A DNA stretch of 64,000 nucleotides from Lama guanicoe (lineage: Eukaryota). The notes beneath the pieces were generated by a model that had not been told where the DNA came from, did not search any database, and saw only the letters and a program-made list of their open reading frames with translations. The stretch lies in contig MU053934.1 of assembly GCA_013239625.1 (NCBI GenBank), forward strand, positions 8,453,352 through 8,517,351, given 5' to 3'. Made by a program: the position numbers and the translations under genes. Numbering within the stretch: the first letter of the stretch is position 1; the number at the start of each line of letters is the position of its first letter. Below are positions 25,610-37,875 of this stretch, one piece after another.

Positions 25610-25890
25610 GCCGCCATGGTTCCGTGGATGCCGGCAAAGACGCGAGATGCCTGAGTCAGAAGCAAAGGATGGCTTACAACTCACCACAGCAGCAGGAGCC
25701 AAGTATCAACATCGTTATGGGCCAGTTCCCCAAGATCGATTCCCACAGGACAACGCACCTGTGTGCTCAGTGGTTGTGCTACAGGAGAGGAACCCTGACC
25801 TCAGGGAAGCCGAACCTTTCCTGGGAAGCAGTAGACACGCCTGCCCTTTGCTCTGGAGGGAGAAAGGAGCCCTCTATTTCCAGGCTATGC
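25610..25890 (-). mobile_element. MER54-like ERVL LTR fragment
   Basis: AAAGACGCGAGATGCCTGAGTCAGAAGCAAAGGA...GAGGAACCCTGACCTCAGGGAAG...CCTTTGCTCTGGAGGGAGA resembles my recall of MER54. Confidence 0.45.
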
Positions 25891-25896
25891 AGTTAC

Positions 25897-26325
25897 ACTG
25901 TGGTGAATAGCATCCTCCCAAAATTCATGTCCACCCAGAGCCTGTGAATGTGGTCTTATTTGGAAATAGGTGGAAATAGGGTCTTTGCCAATAAAATCAA
26001 GATAAGATGAGGTCATACTGGACTAGGGTGGACCCTTCATCCAATGTGACTGGTGTTCTTGTAAGAAGGGAGTCTGGACACAGGGGAGACAGCCATGTGA
26101 AGACAGAGGCAGAAGCTGGAGGGATGCAGCCACAAGCCAACGGATACCGAGTGTGGGCAGCCAGCCGTCACCAGCAGCTAGAAGGGGCTCAGAGGGTCCT
26201 TCCCTAGAACCTTCAGAGGGCACGTGGCCCTGCTGACACCTTGATTTTGGACTTTTAACTTCCAGAACTGTGAGAGAATAAATTTCTGTTGCTTTAAGCA
26301 ACCTAGTTTACGGTAATTTGTTAAC
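25897..26325 (+). mobile_element. MLT1B/C-like MaLR LTR, interrupted near its 3' end by an ERV1 LTR
   Basis: AAATTCATGTCCACCC...TATTTGGAAATAGG...GATGAGGTCATACTGGA...CCAGAACTGTGAGAGAATAAATTTCTGTTG. Confidence 0.85.
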
Positions 26326-26611
26326 TGAGACAGGAAGGGACGGGGCAGGGCCCAACAACTGAAGGAATGACACAGCAATCGAAGGTAGAACATAAGCTGG
26401 TTAGAACCAAGATGGCAGAAGACTCAACTTCCAGTGGACCTTGAGCCTCATGGCACAGCCACAGGTGCTGCGACAGTTCCCAGGCTGATCGGAAAAGGCC
26501 ACAAGTGGGCAGGGCCGTATTCCCGGAAATCCCCACTCCTTCCCCAACATAGTTGGAATAATCTTCCCACTCAGTAGCATCTGGAATTACCCGGCCCATA
26601 AAAACTAACCA
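26326..26611 (+). mobile_element. MER41-like ERV1 LTR (5' part; remainder in gap) with GAS motif
   Basis: Starts TGAGACAGG; ACCAAGATGGC, GACAGTT, TTCCCGGAA (26520), GAATAATC, TAGCAT, CCATAAAAA occur in the order I recall for MER41. Confidence 0.6.
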
Positions 26612-26948
26612 NNNNNNNNNNNNNNNNNNNNNNNNNNNNNNNNNNNNNNNNNNNNNNNNNNNNNNNNNNNNNNNNNNNNNNNNNNNNNNNNNNNNNNNNN
26701 NNNNNNNNNNNNNNNNNNNNNNNNNNNNNNNNNNNNNNNNNNNNNNNNNNNNNNNNNNNNNNNNNNNNNNNNNNNNNNNNNNNNNNNNNNNNNNNNNNNN
26801 NNNNNNNNNNNNNNNNNNNNNNNNNNNNNNNNNNNNNNNNNNNNNNNNNNNNNNNNNNNNNNNNNNNNNNNNNNNNNNNNNNNNNNNNNNNNNNNNNNNN
26901 NNNNNNNNNNNNNNNNNNNNNNNNNNNNNNNNNNNNNNNNNNNNNNNN
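26612..26948. other. Assembly gap
   Basis: Run of N. Confidence 1.
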
Positions 26949-28139
26949 AGGACAGGGGCTCGCCCAAGGCCAGGAGTGAGTCAGAAGCCGGGTAGTCAGT
27001 TCCCCGAACTCCAGCCCCGAGAGCGGCCTCCCGAGTTAGTCCTCAGTTTCCGTTGATCAAAGAGAGGTCAGAGCAGAAGATGGAGGCTGGGCAGAGCAGG
27101 AAGATGCAGACGTCGCTGGGGCCCAGACAGGTCGGGCAGGGCTCACGCCTCTGCCGCTGGGGACAAAAGCGTACTTTTAACAAGCGGTATCCTCTGACCA
27201 TCTCCTCCCCTTGTCTCCTGTCTAACCGCAGAAAGCTCAGCCACATTTCTAACACCCACCCCTCCCATCCACGCCACTTCCTTCAAGATTTCCATCTCAG
27301 TCGTAAGTGTTGTCAGGCCAACATGTTACCTAAAAAGCCTTGTCGAAAGGGGCCACTTCTTCAGTGGCGAGGCAGGGATTTCTTCTTGCTCCCTAGGCTG
27401 GCAGGTGCTGCCCAGTGTGTATCTGTGACTCCTGTGCTGGTGGTGCCAGGGACTGCTGGCTCTGCTTAGCTGGCCCACCCACTCCTTTCACAAAGGATCT
27501 GCAGCCAGGATCTGAGTTAATCCCCACGACAAGGTGACGTCTCCTTATTTCACACATAAGGAGCCAAAGACTCAGAGAGGCAGGTCTACAGACAGAAAGT
27601 AGCCATGTCGGTAAAACGAGGGTCAGGGGTTGGGGAGGGAGGGAAAAAGGAAGGGAGGGAATCTCTAGATGCCCTTTCGAGAGACTAGGCATATCCTAGC
27701 ACATTAGCTGGTCCTATAAGGGTCTGTATCTTTCATCGTCTTTGAGCAAGTTCACAACTCTGTAAGTGGTAGAAGACAGATAATAACACAAAGGTTTCTA
27801 CCCGAAGAGATGCAAGTGAAATTCATCAGGTGGAGGGGCGCTGGGTCTCCTACTCCACTGAAGGAACCAGTTTTGCATTTATTAGCAAATTCATTTCTGC
27901 CTTCCTGATTGCCTACACTGTCTGCTCTTGGCTTTTCCTCTGAATTGATTGCAACATCTTACTGGTCCCCTCATTCATTAATGAGCTATATACAGTCTTT
28001 GGCACATGTTCACTTAATCTTTGTATGAGAGTCATGAGTATGCCCTTCAGACCAGGGGCTCCTATCTAGGTCCCAGCAGCCCCTCAAATCCCAAGTGTGC
28101 CACAGAGTCCCCTGGGGTGAGACTCCTTCCCACCCAGTC

Positions 28140-28245
28140 TGCAGCCCCACCCCACACTTCTGATTCAGAAAGCTGGGTGGGGCCTGAGAATCTGCATGTC
28201 TAACAAGGTCCCCGGGGCTGGGGCTGCAGAATTTGAGGACCACAC
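28140..28245. mobile_element. MER5A-like hAT-Charlie fragment
   Basis: TTCTGATTCAG...GGGTGGGGCCTGAGAATCTGCATGTCTAACAAG. Confidence 0.7.
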
Positions 28246-29714
28246 CTCTCCCCTAGGCTGACCTTGCTTCTTCCAGCTGATTCATCTGGTCCTGCTCTCC
28301 TCCCTGGTGTAAGCCCCTCAGCCCCCGGCAGGTCCTCAGAGAGGATTCTGAGGTCCTGTTGTCCCCACCAGCTCCCACCCCCAGAGGTCCTCTGAGGTGG
28401 ACAGAGCCCCGAGCCTGGCACTGGCACTCAGGGCCCAGCCTCATATCCAGGGGCTCTCTCTCTCTCTTGGGATTATGGGGTGGCTGAGAGGCAGACAGTG
28501 CTCCTGTTCAGGAATGGAGGACCACGGCAGGGTCCTCACAAGGCCCAGTCCTGGCAGAGGAGGCGCAGGGGGAGGCCCTCAGAGACCAGGGCCCGGAGCA
28601 GCGCACCAGGAGCAGGAGGCTCACCCGCCACGCTTGCAGCCTCACGTCCCTGAAGCTGCTCCCTCGGCCTCCAGCTTTAACCCCCTCTTAGCTTCCTGAG
28701 CAGACAGCCCTGACTCCCAGGACTGGCTTGGAGGGACCAGTCCCTCCCCCTGCCCATTCAGGTGGGAGTCAGGGCCCCAGAACTCAAGCTGCATTCCCCT
28801 CTGAAACTCTCCCCATTGGCTTCTGCTGGTGGCTACGAGGCTGTTCCCACCTGAGTCCACTTTTCCAGTCGCTATGTGCCCAGGAAGGACACAGAGGCCC
28901 CAACGTCCAGCCCCTGTAGGCCGAGTCTGCATGGCTCTCTGGGCTTCTTGGTTTCCACACAATCCTCCCAGATCCCTCCCCTCCCACAGTCATGGAGACC
29001 CAACGTAAAGGAGGCGAGTGACTGGCCCCAGGCCACACCGAGGAGGACTGGCAGAGGAGAAACAGACTCCCAGGGGTACCAGGAGCTGCCGAGACACATG
29101 CCAGCAGACAGACGGGCACAGTGACCGTGCAAAGCCTCTGGCAGCCCAGGCGCTGGACCCCCCAGCAAAGCCGCTGGGCTGGTCCTTCCGTCTCCAAGAG
29201 AACGTGTGTCCGCTGCTTGGGGACAGGCGCTGCGCCGAGAGGATGCTGGAGAGACTGGAGCCAAGAAAGGATGGAGGCAGAAAAGGAAGGTCCCCAGAAG
29301 GAAACGCTGCCCACGTAAAGCCACAGGAAGTCCTTCAAGTGCTAAATAAGGTGGATGTTATTTGAATTAGAAAAAGAATATGTAAACCTTTGCTCAGGTG
29401 TTCAAAATAAAGTAACATTACGTGAAATAACGCAAAGTGAATAAAGCATTCAGAGTGCTACCGGCTGGGCTTGGATAAAGGAGTTTCTATCACCTTGAAG
29501 AAGCCGAAGCCCCTCCCCACCGCGGAGAGCATCTCAGAAAACGGGGCTCGAGGGCGGTCCGTGGGCATCTCAGACAAGCCCCTAGGCTCTGTGCCATGAG
29601 CCCGAGCTCACGCAGCACTAGGCCCGCACCCAGGCTGTCTCACTGGGTTTCTCCACGGTGGTGCCCTGCCCAGGCCTCCCACCGTCCTGTTTGCCTCCTT
29701 CACAGCTGGGACAG

Positions 29715-30024
29715 GACTTTTGGCCAAGATGGCTTCCTTGAGACAGGCTGCTCTGAGCCGTCTTCCCCACTAGGCCCCACCTTCGGGCCCTGCCTTCGGC
29801 CAGCCCAGCCCGGTTGTAGCAGGAACCACACACCACCCCCACCCCGCCCCTGAGGTTAGTTTCCATCCACCGACCCTCTAAGCCCGCTCCTTGCTTTTAA
29901 GTCCTCAGCCATCTGTTGTCTTCAGAGTCGAGCCCAGTCTCTCTCCCCTACTGCAATAGTCTTGAATAAACTCTTCCCCTCCGGTTTAACATTTAACAAG
30001 TGTCGGAATGATTTCTCTTCAACA
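29715..30024 (+). mobile_element. MER31-like ERV1 LTR
   Basis: CAGGCTGCTCTGAGCC...ACTAGGCC...GAGCCCAGTCTCTCTCCCCTACTGCAATAGTCTTGAATAAA...TTTAACAAGTGTC...CAACA. Confidence 0.65.
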
Positions 30025-30339
30025 CTGCCCACTCCCCAACTTCTGCCATTTCGTGAGGCCTGAGACAGCGGACATGGAGTGAAGTTCCACGGTCCCGAAG
30101 CCTTCGGTCCCTCATGCCCCTGCCCTTCTTGTGCCGCTGACCCAGGTCTCCCTCGTTGTGACAGCTCAGCTGTAAGAAGCTTGTCTCTGCCTTTGCTTCC
30201 TCCCTTAATTCAGCAACTATTCCTTCCTTCCTTGTTCATTCATTCTAAACCTTGGATTCTAAGCAGCCACATGGGGCAGAACTCCTGTGTAGTCATCTGG
30301 CTTTGATCTCCCTGTAATGCCATGAGACCAGTCTGTACA

Positions 30340-30830
30340 GAGACGTCCATGTGTCTGTCTCTGCCCAGTGCCTCTGCCTCCTTCCACCAGCAGCACTGCA
30401 AATTCTTCTGAGAAACCACCCCTCTCCCACTTACAACTTGTGTGGGTTAGGAGGTGAGGAGAGGGGCTGACAATGTCTCCCAGTTCCTGGAATAAGCCAG
30501 GGACCTTGGCCTGGTCAGTCATCAAGGTACAGCCCGTGGCCACACTGTGTGGTCCAGGAATGGGTATGGGACCCCCACAGGCTGATGACGGCCAGCCCCA
30601 GGATTCTTGCTGGAACTCACTCCTCATAGGGTTGCTATACTGACAGTCTGGAGCTGTTGGCAGCCTCCTTGCCACCACTAGGAAGGGGTCTGCCTGAAGA
30701 TGAAGCCGTCATAGAGGAAAGCCCCAATGAGGTCCTTGGAGCCCCTGGATCCAACAGTTCCTGAAGCCACCTCTCAGTACATCAATTACATGGGCTAATG
30801 CATTTCCACGGGTGTGCACGTACGGCAATT
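30340..30830 (+). mobile_element. Old MaLR/ERVL LTR remnant (MLT1J/K-like)
   Basis: GGCAGCCTCCTTGCCACCAC...CTGCCTGAAGATGAAGCC...GAGCCCCTGGATCCAACAGTTCCTGAAGCCA. Confidence 0.5.
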
Positions 30831-32329
30831 TAAGCCATCGTGTAGCTGGATAAAACAGGCACTGTTCAAACCTCTCGCATCATTGTGATCAATTTCATAT
30901 ATTCTTTCTTTGAATTTCATAGCAAGAAATTCTTATCCTCATTTTATCAAAATAGATAAACTGAGTCTCAGAGAGAAGTCACTCTCTCCAGGTCACACAC
31001 TAGTTAGTGGCCGCCCCTTCTGGCCAAATCCCCTACACCCACCAGTGCCCTTTCAGCCACAGAAGTATCTAGAAACTTCCACTTGACATAAGGATTCACG
31101 TGTCCTACTCGAGTCTTAAAGCAAAGCAATGCAGATCACAGCAGACAGCATCCCCTCTCCAGAATAATGCCTTTCCCCTCTACTCATTTAGGTTCTGCTA
31201 CAAGGAGAGGGGGTTTTAAACACGATGGAAAACCTGAAGCAACAAAAGGACACCTCACAATGCCCCTGTGGCTCACAGATCATCGTCTGCAGTTCCGCCA
31301 AATGTGATGGGGCCCTGATATCCATCAGCGAAGGTGGAAAATTCATTTGAGGAAACAATTCTTGTCTAGGGTTTGATTTAGGGTTTTTGGAAGGTTTTTG
31401 ATCTGTTTTTGGTTTTGCACTCATTTATTCTTTTTTAAAAAAAAGTTGCGCCTGGAACCCATTTGTTCCAGGACAAGCGTAAGTCGCATAAATGCACATT
31501 TAAATGTGCAACTAGCAAGAGCCCCATAACTTTCAGAGGGAAATAAAGGAGAAGTGTAATTATAGACCATGTGTGAGCGTGAGAAAGGGGAATTTCATCT
31601 TGGATGTCCTCTGACAGGATTGCCACAAGGGGGTCTGGCCCACCCTTGTCCTTTCTGTCCTCTTTCAGCTATTGATGTGGAGCTGGGCGAACCTCTGCAG
31701 CAGGGAGAAGAGTGTGAGCAAAGGCCCAGGGCGGGAGATTGCACAGCATGTGCTCAGCCACCTGCAGGAATTCCTGGGGGCTGGGGTCGGGGAGGGAGTG
31801 GGCACCAGACACACAGGGGCCTAACAGCCAGTCGGAGGGCAGGCTTATCCTGCTTCAGTGGAAAGCCACTCATAGACTGTGAGCTGGGGAAGGAAGAGTT
31901 GGTTTTAGTGCAATCACTGTGGCTGCCTGGAGGAGGTGAGGCTGAAGAGGGGAGGGGAGTGAGGCGATAAGGAAGGCTCGAGGGAGAATGCGAACTGGAC
32001 TGAGTCAAGCCAGGAGCCAAGGATGTGAGAGGCAGCCAGAATGTCAAAGCTGATTAGAAACTTTCAGTTAGGGTGCTGAATGACATCCTATGTTCATGAT
32101 TTAAAAAATAGATAAAAATGGAAATGATGTTTCTGTGGGGCTCTCAAGAAAGCTGAGACGTAAGGAAGCACTGATTAACTGAATTCCAGGGAAGGCTGAA
32201 CAGAGAGCCAAGCAGCTACTTTGTCTGGAGGGGAAGGGAGGGAGGGAGACAGGGAGCACCTGTCTGGGTGCAGGAGAGCAGAACCAGAGACTGCAGGATG
32301 AGGAGAAAGCGCTGAGCCACTGATAACAG

Positions 32330-32700
32330 CGTAGAGAAGGAAGGAAATCTCTTTCCTTTACCCATCTCAGATTCTCTGGCTGGGCCCTGTAAATTAAATT
32401 AACAAGAGAAAAACAAACAGAATTTTATTAACACATGCATTGCACAGGTACACATGGGTGCACCTAGCCCAGAGGGTGGCCAGAACTTGGGCTTATACGC
32501 CACCTTGGACTAAAATGAGGAAAAGGGGCTTGGGGCTTCTGGGTAGGGAAGGAAAGTGATGGGAAAGTGTCCAGGAAAAGTGTGGTAAGCGAGGGCTGTT
32601 CAGTCAGGTCTGTATGCAGATTCAGGTAGGTGTCTTCTCCTTTGATAAAGAGTTGTTAGGAGAACTTCTTTTCCTGGTACTGAAGAGGGAGGCCCCCGTA
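32330..32700 (-). mobile_element. ERV1-type LTR fragment (laurasiatherian type)
   Basis: GGGCCCTGTAAATTAAATTAACAAGAGAAAAACAAACAGAATTTTATTAACA...AACTTGGGCTTATA: reverse-oriented polyA and TATA signals. Confidence 0.55.
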
Positions 32701-33275
32701 GTTTAAGGAAGAACTCATACCAATCTTACAGGAATCCCTTCAGAAACTAGAGGAAGGAGCATGTCTCAAATTGTTTGAACAAGCTATAATTACCCTGATA
32801 AGTAAACTTGGTGAGGATTTTATAAGAAAATTAGAGATCAGTATCACTCATGAACACATTTACAAAATCCTCAATACAATTTTAGCAGATCGAATCCAGC
32901 AATATATACAAAGGATAATGAATTGTGACAAAGCAGGCTTTTTTCCAGAAATGCAAGGTTGGTTTAATCTTCAAAATCAGTGATTCACATCCTTTCAAAG
33001 GATTTTTTTAAAAAATCATGATTTCAGTAGATGCAAAAAAGCATGTGATCAAATTCATTCATGATTTTTTAAAATGTTTTTAATTTTTAGCAGTATAGGA
33101 ATAGAAGGGAACTTGAACCAGATAAAGAAATTGCAAGGAAATCTATAGCTAACCTCACAGGGGAAGAAGGGAGAATGAAGCTTTGCCCAGAAGGCCAGGA
33201 AGGAGACAGATGTCCACCGTCCCCACTTCTATTCCACCTGTCCCAGAGGCTCTAGCTATCTCTATTTGCCAGCAG
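32701..33275 (+). mobile_element. Decayed L1 ORF2 reverse-transcriptase fragment
   Basis: ORF 32771-32983 contains KILNTILADRIQQYIQRIMNCDKAGFFPEMQGWFN, homologous to L1 ORF2 [35 protein letters not shown]; frameshifted. Confidence 0.9.
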
Positions 33276-33499
33276 TGTGACGGCCCACGTGAGAATACTA
33301 CCTACCGAACCTGCAAAACACCACAGGCCTCTCCTCAGGGAGGGAGGGATGGTCCTTGCATTGAGTGAGGGGGTCCAGGAATGCTGAACCTGAGGGGAGG
33401 GCTCCAGGCACTGTTTCTGCTGAGTTATTTCAAGTCAAATCGGGCCTGGGTTTCCTGCAGAGGCCAGGCTTGCTCTCTTTGGGAAATCGGAAAGCAGCA

Positions 33500-33745
33500 A
33501 TTGAAGACAGATTCTCGGCGGCACTGCGGGGCGGCACTAATCCCACTCCCTGAGCCCGGCTGCTCGGGCCAAGTGCGGGGGGCTGGCTGCCAGCACACAG
33601 AGCGCGCATCGGAGGGACGTGGGGACCAGGGCTGACTGCGCGTGAAAGGCCTCAGCCCAGACCCTCTCATTCCCAAGTTACAGCCCTCGGGGGAGGGGAG
33701 GGGCAGTTGTGTGGCCAGAGCCACTCCCACCGGGAAGGGTGAGCC
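33500..33745 (+). promoter_or_regulatory. Small CpG-enriched patch; candidate distal alternative promoter / non-coding first exon of PRR5
   Basis: Local CpG cluster, GGGGCGG at 33528, followed by donor-like AGG|GTGAGC (GT at 33739). Confidence 0.4.
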
Positions 33746-35182
33746 AGCGGGTCTCGGGTCTCGGGAGGGGATATCTGGCCCACAGGGCTGGCAGGCTGGG
33801 TGAGCTGAACCCACCCTCTTAGGCACCCTGTCTTGGCCCAGCACCTGGACCTGAGTCCCAGAGCCTCATAGGCAGGCACGAGGCCTGGAGCACTTAGCCA
33901 CAGGCTCTGTGTCCCGGGATGCCAGCCTGCAGGGTGAGCGCTGGTCCCGGAATCCTGGGCCTGGTCTGTCCTCCGTGGGAACCTTCCACTGGTCTCCCAG
34001 GAGGGGGGTAGATGCCTCCAGCTCCAGCTCCCAGGGCCCTTTCTGGGCTTCCAGTATGACAGTCCTCTGCCATCAAGTGACAGAATGGGTTTCTGGGTCT
34101 GGTCCCCCTACTGCCACCTCGGAGCTCCCTGGGCTCCCATTGGTTCTAGGCCCAAACTCAGAGCCTAGCGTGCCCAAGGCACGTGCAAAACACTCCTTGA
34201 ACTGAACCAGACTCAGCCCCTGTGGCCGGAGGCTGGGGGCCCGGGCCAGCACTGAAGGCAGAGGGGTGCCTGGTTTTCAGCTGGGACAAGGGCTGGGGCA
34301 CACAAGCCTAGTGCTGGAGCCGGAACCGGTGGGTGGAGACAGGAGCCTGCCCCCGGCCCCAGCCCACCCTGGCAAGAGCTGGGCCACCTCTCCCAGCCAG
34401 CCTGGCCCTGTCACCACGGGAATATCAGCAGCAGATGGTCTGCTGGTCAGTTGGCACAGGCACCAGCCTGGCTGCCACCTCCCACATCCTGCCACATCCT
34501 GTCCTGCCCTCTCCCTCTTGGTCTGAGGGTCTGAAGGAGGGGGCTGTTTCATGGTGGCCCAAGGAGAGGCTCCCCATTGCCAAAGCCCTCTGTGGGGAAT
34601 AGGGAGGGTGGATCTCTTGTTGCCTAGATGGAGGACGTGCCTAGGAGCCCTGGATGCTTGGAAGAGGGGGTTAGAAGAAACTTCAGGGCACTGAGCCTGT
34701 GCTGGGTGTGCTGGGTGATGGGCACGGGCGGGTATGAAGATGCAAGCTTTGCTCTGGACTGGATGCTGTCAGGAATGCGGGGTGATTCCGTGATCAGGTA
34801 TCTTAGTAAACCTTGTTGACAGGGAGGGGAGCCTGGAGTGAGAGTCTCTCCTGCAGCCGAGCAGAGGCGGGGTCTGGTCATTTTGTGGCCCAGACACCAC
34901 TCAGGCTGTCCCCTGTGTTCAGTGGTCACCAGGCCAGGGGCCGTGGTTTTCTCCCAGGTCGACCTTGTTGGTGTCCTGTACAATGCTTGGTATTAAATGG
35001 GAGGACAAGCTCTTTGTTCTGAAAAGGGAAGGGGTCCCCGTCATGTTTAGCCCTCAGACCTGGGCCCTTCGAGGAGAAGAACTCAAAATCCCCCAAAAGC
35101 CAGACACACAGACTTTAAACCAGGGGGTCCTGGGTTGGATCACAGGCTCTGTCATTACTCATGGCATAGTCCTGGGTGGGTA

Positions 35183-36150
35183 TTTTTTTGAAAACTTTAT
35201 TTTTTTTTTTGGAAGAGTTTTAGGTTTACAGCAAAACTGAGAGGGAGGTACAGAGATTTGCCCCCCCCCTCATTGCATAACTTCCCCCATTATCAACATC
35301 ACATACCAGAGTGGTACATCGTTTACAACTGCTGACCCTATTGGACACATCATTACCACTCAAAGTCCTCAGTTGACATCAGGGTTCATTCCTGGACATT
35401 CTATGGGTTTTGACAAATGTATAATGACATATACCCATGACAGTATCACATGAGAAGTTTCACTGCCTTAAAAATCCTCTGTGCTCCACCTGTTCATCCT
35501 TCCCTGCCCTCCAACACCTGACAACCACTGCTCTTACCCGCTCCATAGTTCTGCCTTTTCCAAAATGTCATAGAGTTGGACTCCCACTGTTTGTAGCCTC
35601 TTCAGATTGGCTTTTTCCACTTAGTAATGTGCATTTAAGTTTCCTCCACGACTTGATGGCTTAATAGCACATTTCTTTTTAGCACTGAATAATATTCCTC
35701 CATATGACTGTACCAGTTTATCCAGTCACTTACTAAAGGACACCTTGGTTGGTTCCAAGTTTTAGCAATTATATGATAAAGCTGCTATAAACACTCCTGC
35801 ACAGGTTTTGTGTGGAAGTCAGTTTCAGCTCCTTTGGGTAAACAGCAAGGACAGTGATTGCTGGATTGCATGGTAAGAGGATGTTTAGTTTTGTAAGAAA
35901 CGGCCAAACTGTCCTCAAAAGTGTCTGCACCATTTTGCATTCCCATCTGCAGTGAATGAGAGTTCCTGTTGCTCCACATTTTTGCCAGCATTTGGTGTTG
36001 TCAGCGCTCTGGATTTGGGCCATTCTAATAAGTGTGTAATGGTATCTCATTATTGTTTTAATTTGCATGGCGCTAATAACATTAGATGCAAAGTATCTTT
36101 TAATATGCTTATTTGCCTTTTGTGTATCTTCTTTGGTGAGGTGTCTATTA
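35183..36150 (-). mobile_element. L1MC-like 3' end, antisense
   Basis: TTTTAGGTTTACAGCAAAACTGAG...CCATTTTGCATTCCCA...GGTATCTCATTATTGTTTTAATTTGCAT; minus-strand ORF 35769-36188 resembles the L1 ORF2 C-terminus (MQIKTIMRYHYT). Confidence 0.9.
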
Positions 36151-36230
36151 AGAACTCTGCCTGGGAGTGTTTTATTATCTCTCCGCACCTCAGTTTCCGA
36201 TTCTATAAAATGGCAAAAAATAATATATAT

Positions 36231-36640
36231 CTGTGTTAGTCACGGTTCCAGCAGGAAATAGAATTTACCCCAGGTGGTCCAAATAGGGAATGTAACTAAA
36301 GGGACTATTACAGAGGTGCGGGCAGGTTCAGGAGCACCCAGAGACTGACAACTGAGGTCTCTGGAAGCTGCTATGTCCCTGGGGCTAGAGGAACAAGTGG
36401 AGGAAATGGTGTTTCCAGCGGAAGTTGATGGGAGCTGTGCTCAGGGAGGGGCACAGACAGTGCCAGTGCTACAGCACATGGGCAGTGGGAGGAAATGCCC
36501 CATCCTCTCCCTCCCCCTCTGACCTCCAGCTGCTGTCCCCATTGGCCAGACCCAACCAGGCACCCGCGGGGGATGCAGTCCATCAGGCACAGAGCCAGGC
36601 AGCGGATGGAACCGGGGGGCCGGGGGACGCCACGAATGAA
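36231..36640 (-). mobile_element. LTR33-like ERVL LTR remnant
   Basis: TGTGTTAGTCACGGTTCCAGCAGGAAATAG...AAAGGGACTATTACAGAGGTGCGGGCAGG. Confidence 0.5.
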
Positions 36641-37552
36641 AAGTGACCAGCACTGCTCATTATGGGCTCATTCATCCACTCACTCTTTCAACAGAATATA
36701 TTTGGCCCCTTTTAAGTGCCAAACACACCAGAGACCCTTTAGGGGAAGAAAAGAGGCAAGCTCCCCACTCCCGCCGCAGGGAATTTACATCCTAGCAGAC
36801 AAACTAAACAAGAAAGAAATAACTGACTGTAGAATGTAACGCCAAGTGCAAGAACTCAGAGAAAAAGGAAGCAGGACCAGAGAAGAGAGAGTGGAGGGGA
36901 GGCAATTTTAGATCGTCCAGAGAACGTGGCAGCAATACCCAGGACACGCCACTACATGTATTGGCTCCAGCTGGTCCCTTTGATCAGATGCCCCTCCACC
37001 CTCTGGGACACATGGCCTGCTGCCCAGGCAGAGGTGCTTATCCCAGGACCCTGGTGGATCACCCCCAGCACACACCCCCTCCTGGACTCTAGTCACCAGG
37101 AAGGCTGCCACCTGATCTGTCCCGTTTCAACACTGTTTCTGGGGGGCAGGGGGCTTAGCTGCAAACAAGCACAATGATGGCAGGGGAAAATGTTTTAGTC
37201 CCGAATATGAACATAAATATTTGCACAACTGAATTTCAAAACTTTAAAACAATCACTACACATGAAAACACATAAGAACCAGTCAGTAACCATCCCCGCT
37301 GGAACACCCCAGCCGGAACACCCCAGCGGGGCCGCCTGGCCCCTGGCAGCAAAAGGCAGCTTGGCTTTGGACCAGCACTGACTGTTAATCCTGCTAGAGA
37401 ATGCCTGTCCAGGAGCCCCTCCCACCCCCAGCACAGTGTCAAAAGGAGACAGGGTGAGCCCTTTTAAAGTGAAGGGTGAAAAGCACCCCTTTAGGACACT
37501 CTGGGGTGTGGACCTGGGTGTGGGGAGCGGGGTGTTCGCTATTCCACCAGAG

Positions 37553-37730
37553 CAGTACTTCTCAAACTTCCTGGGAACTTGGAAATCTCCAGAGGACTTG
37601 TTAAAACCCAGATTCCTAGACCCCATCCTCAGTTTCTTTAAGTCTGGGGTGAGGCCTGAGAATTTACGTTCCTACTAAGTTCCAGGGTGATGCCAACGGA
37701 GCAGTCGGGACACACTTTGACAATCACAGC
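37553..37730. mobile_element. MER5A-like hAT-Charlie MITE
   Basis: CAGTACTTCTCAAACTT...CTTGTTAAAACCCAGATT...GTCTGGGGTGAGGCCTGAGAATTT...CACACTTTGACAATCAC. Confidence 0.75.
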
Positions 37731-37875
37731 CTTGGGATATTTAGATGCTGGAAGCGTTTGTTTGCCCCAACCCTGCCTTCTCTGCCGCCACCGCAAGACC
37801 CCAAGCCCCAGAGCAGGGACACAGTCTGAACGTCTGATCTTTCCTCCCGGCTCCCGGCCCCCCCCCCCCCCCCCC

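Noticed and set aside
32771..32983. Reverse-transcriptase-like ORF as a functional or domesticated gene
   Set aside because: Short, frameshifted L1 ORF2 relic without the catalytic region.
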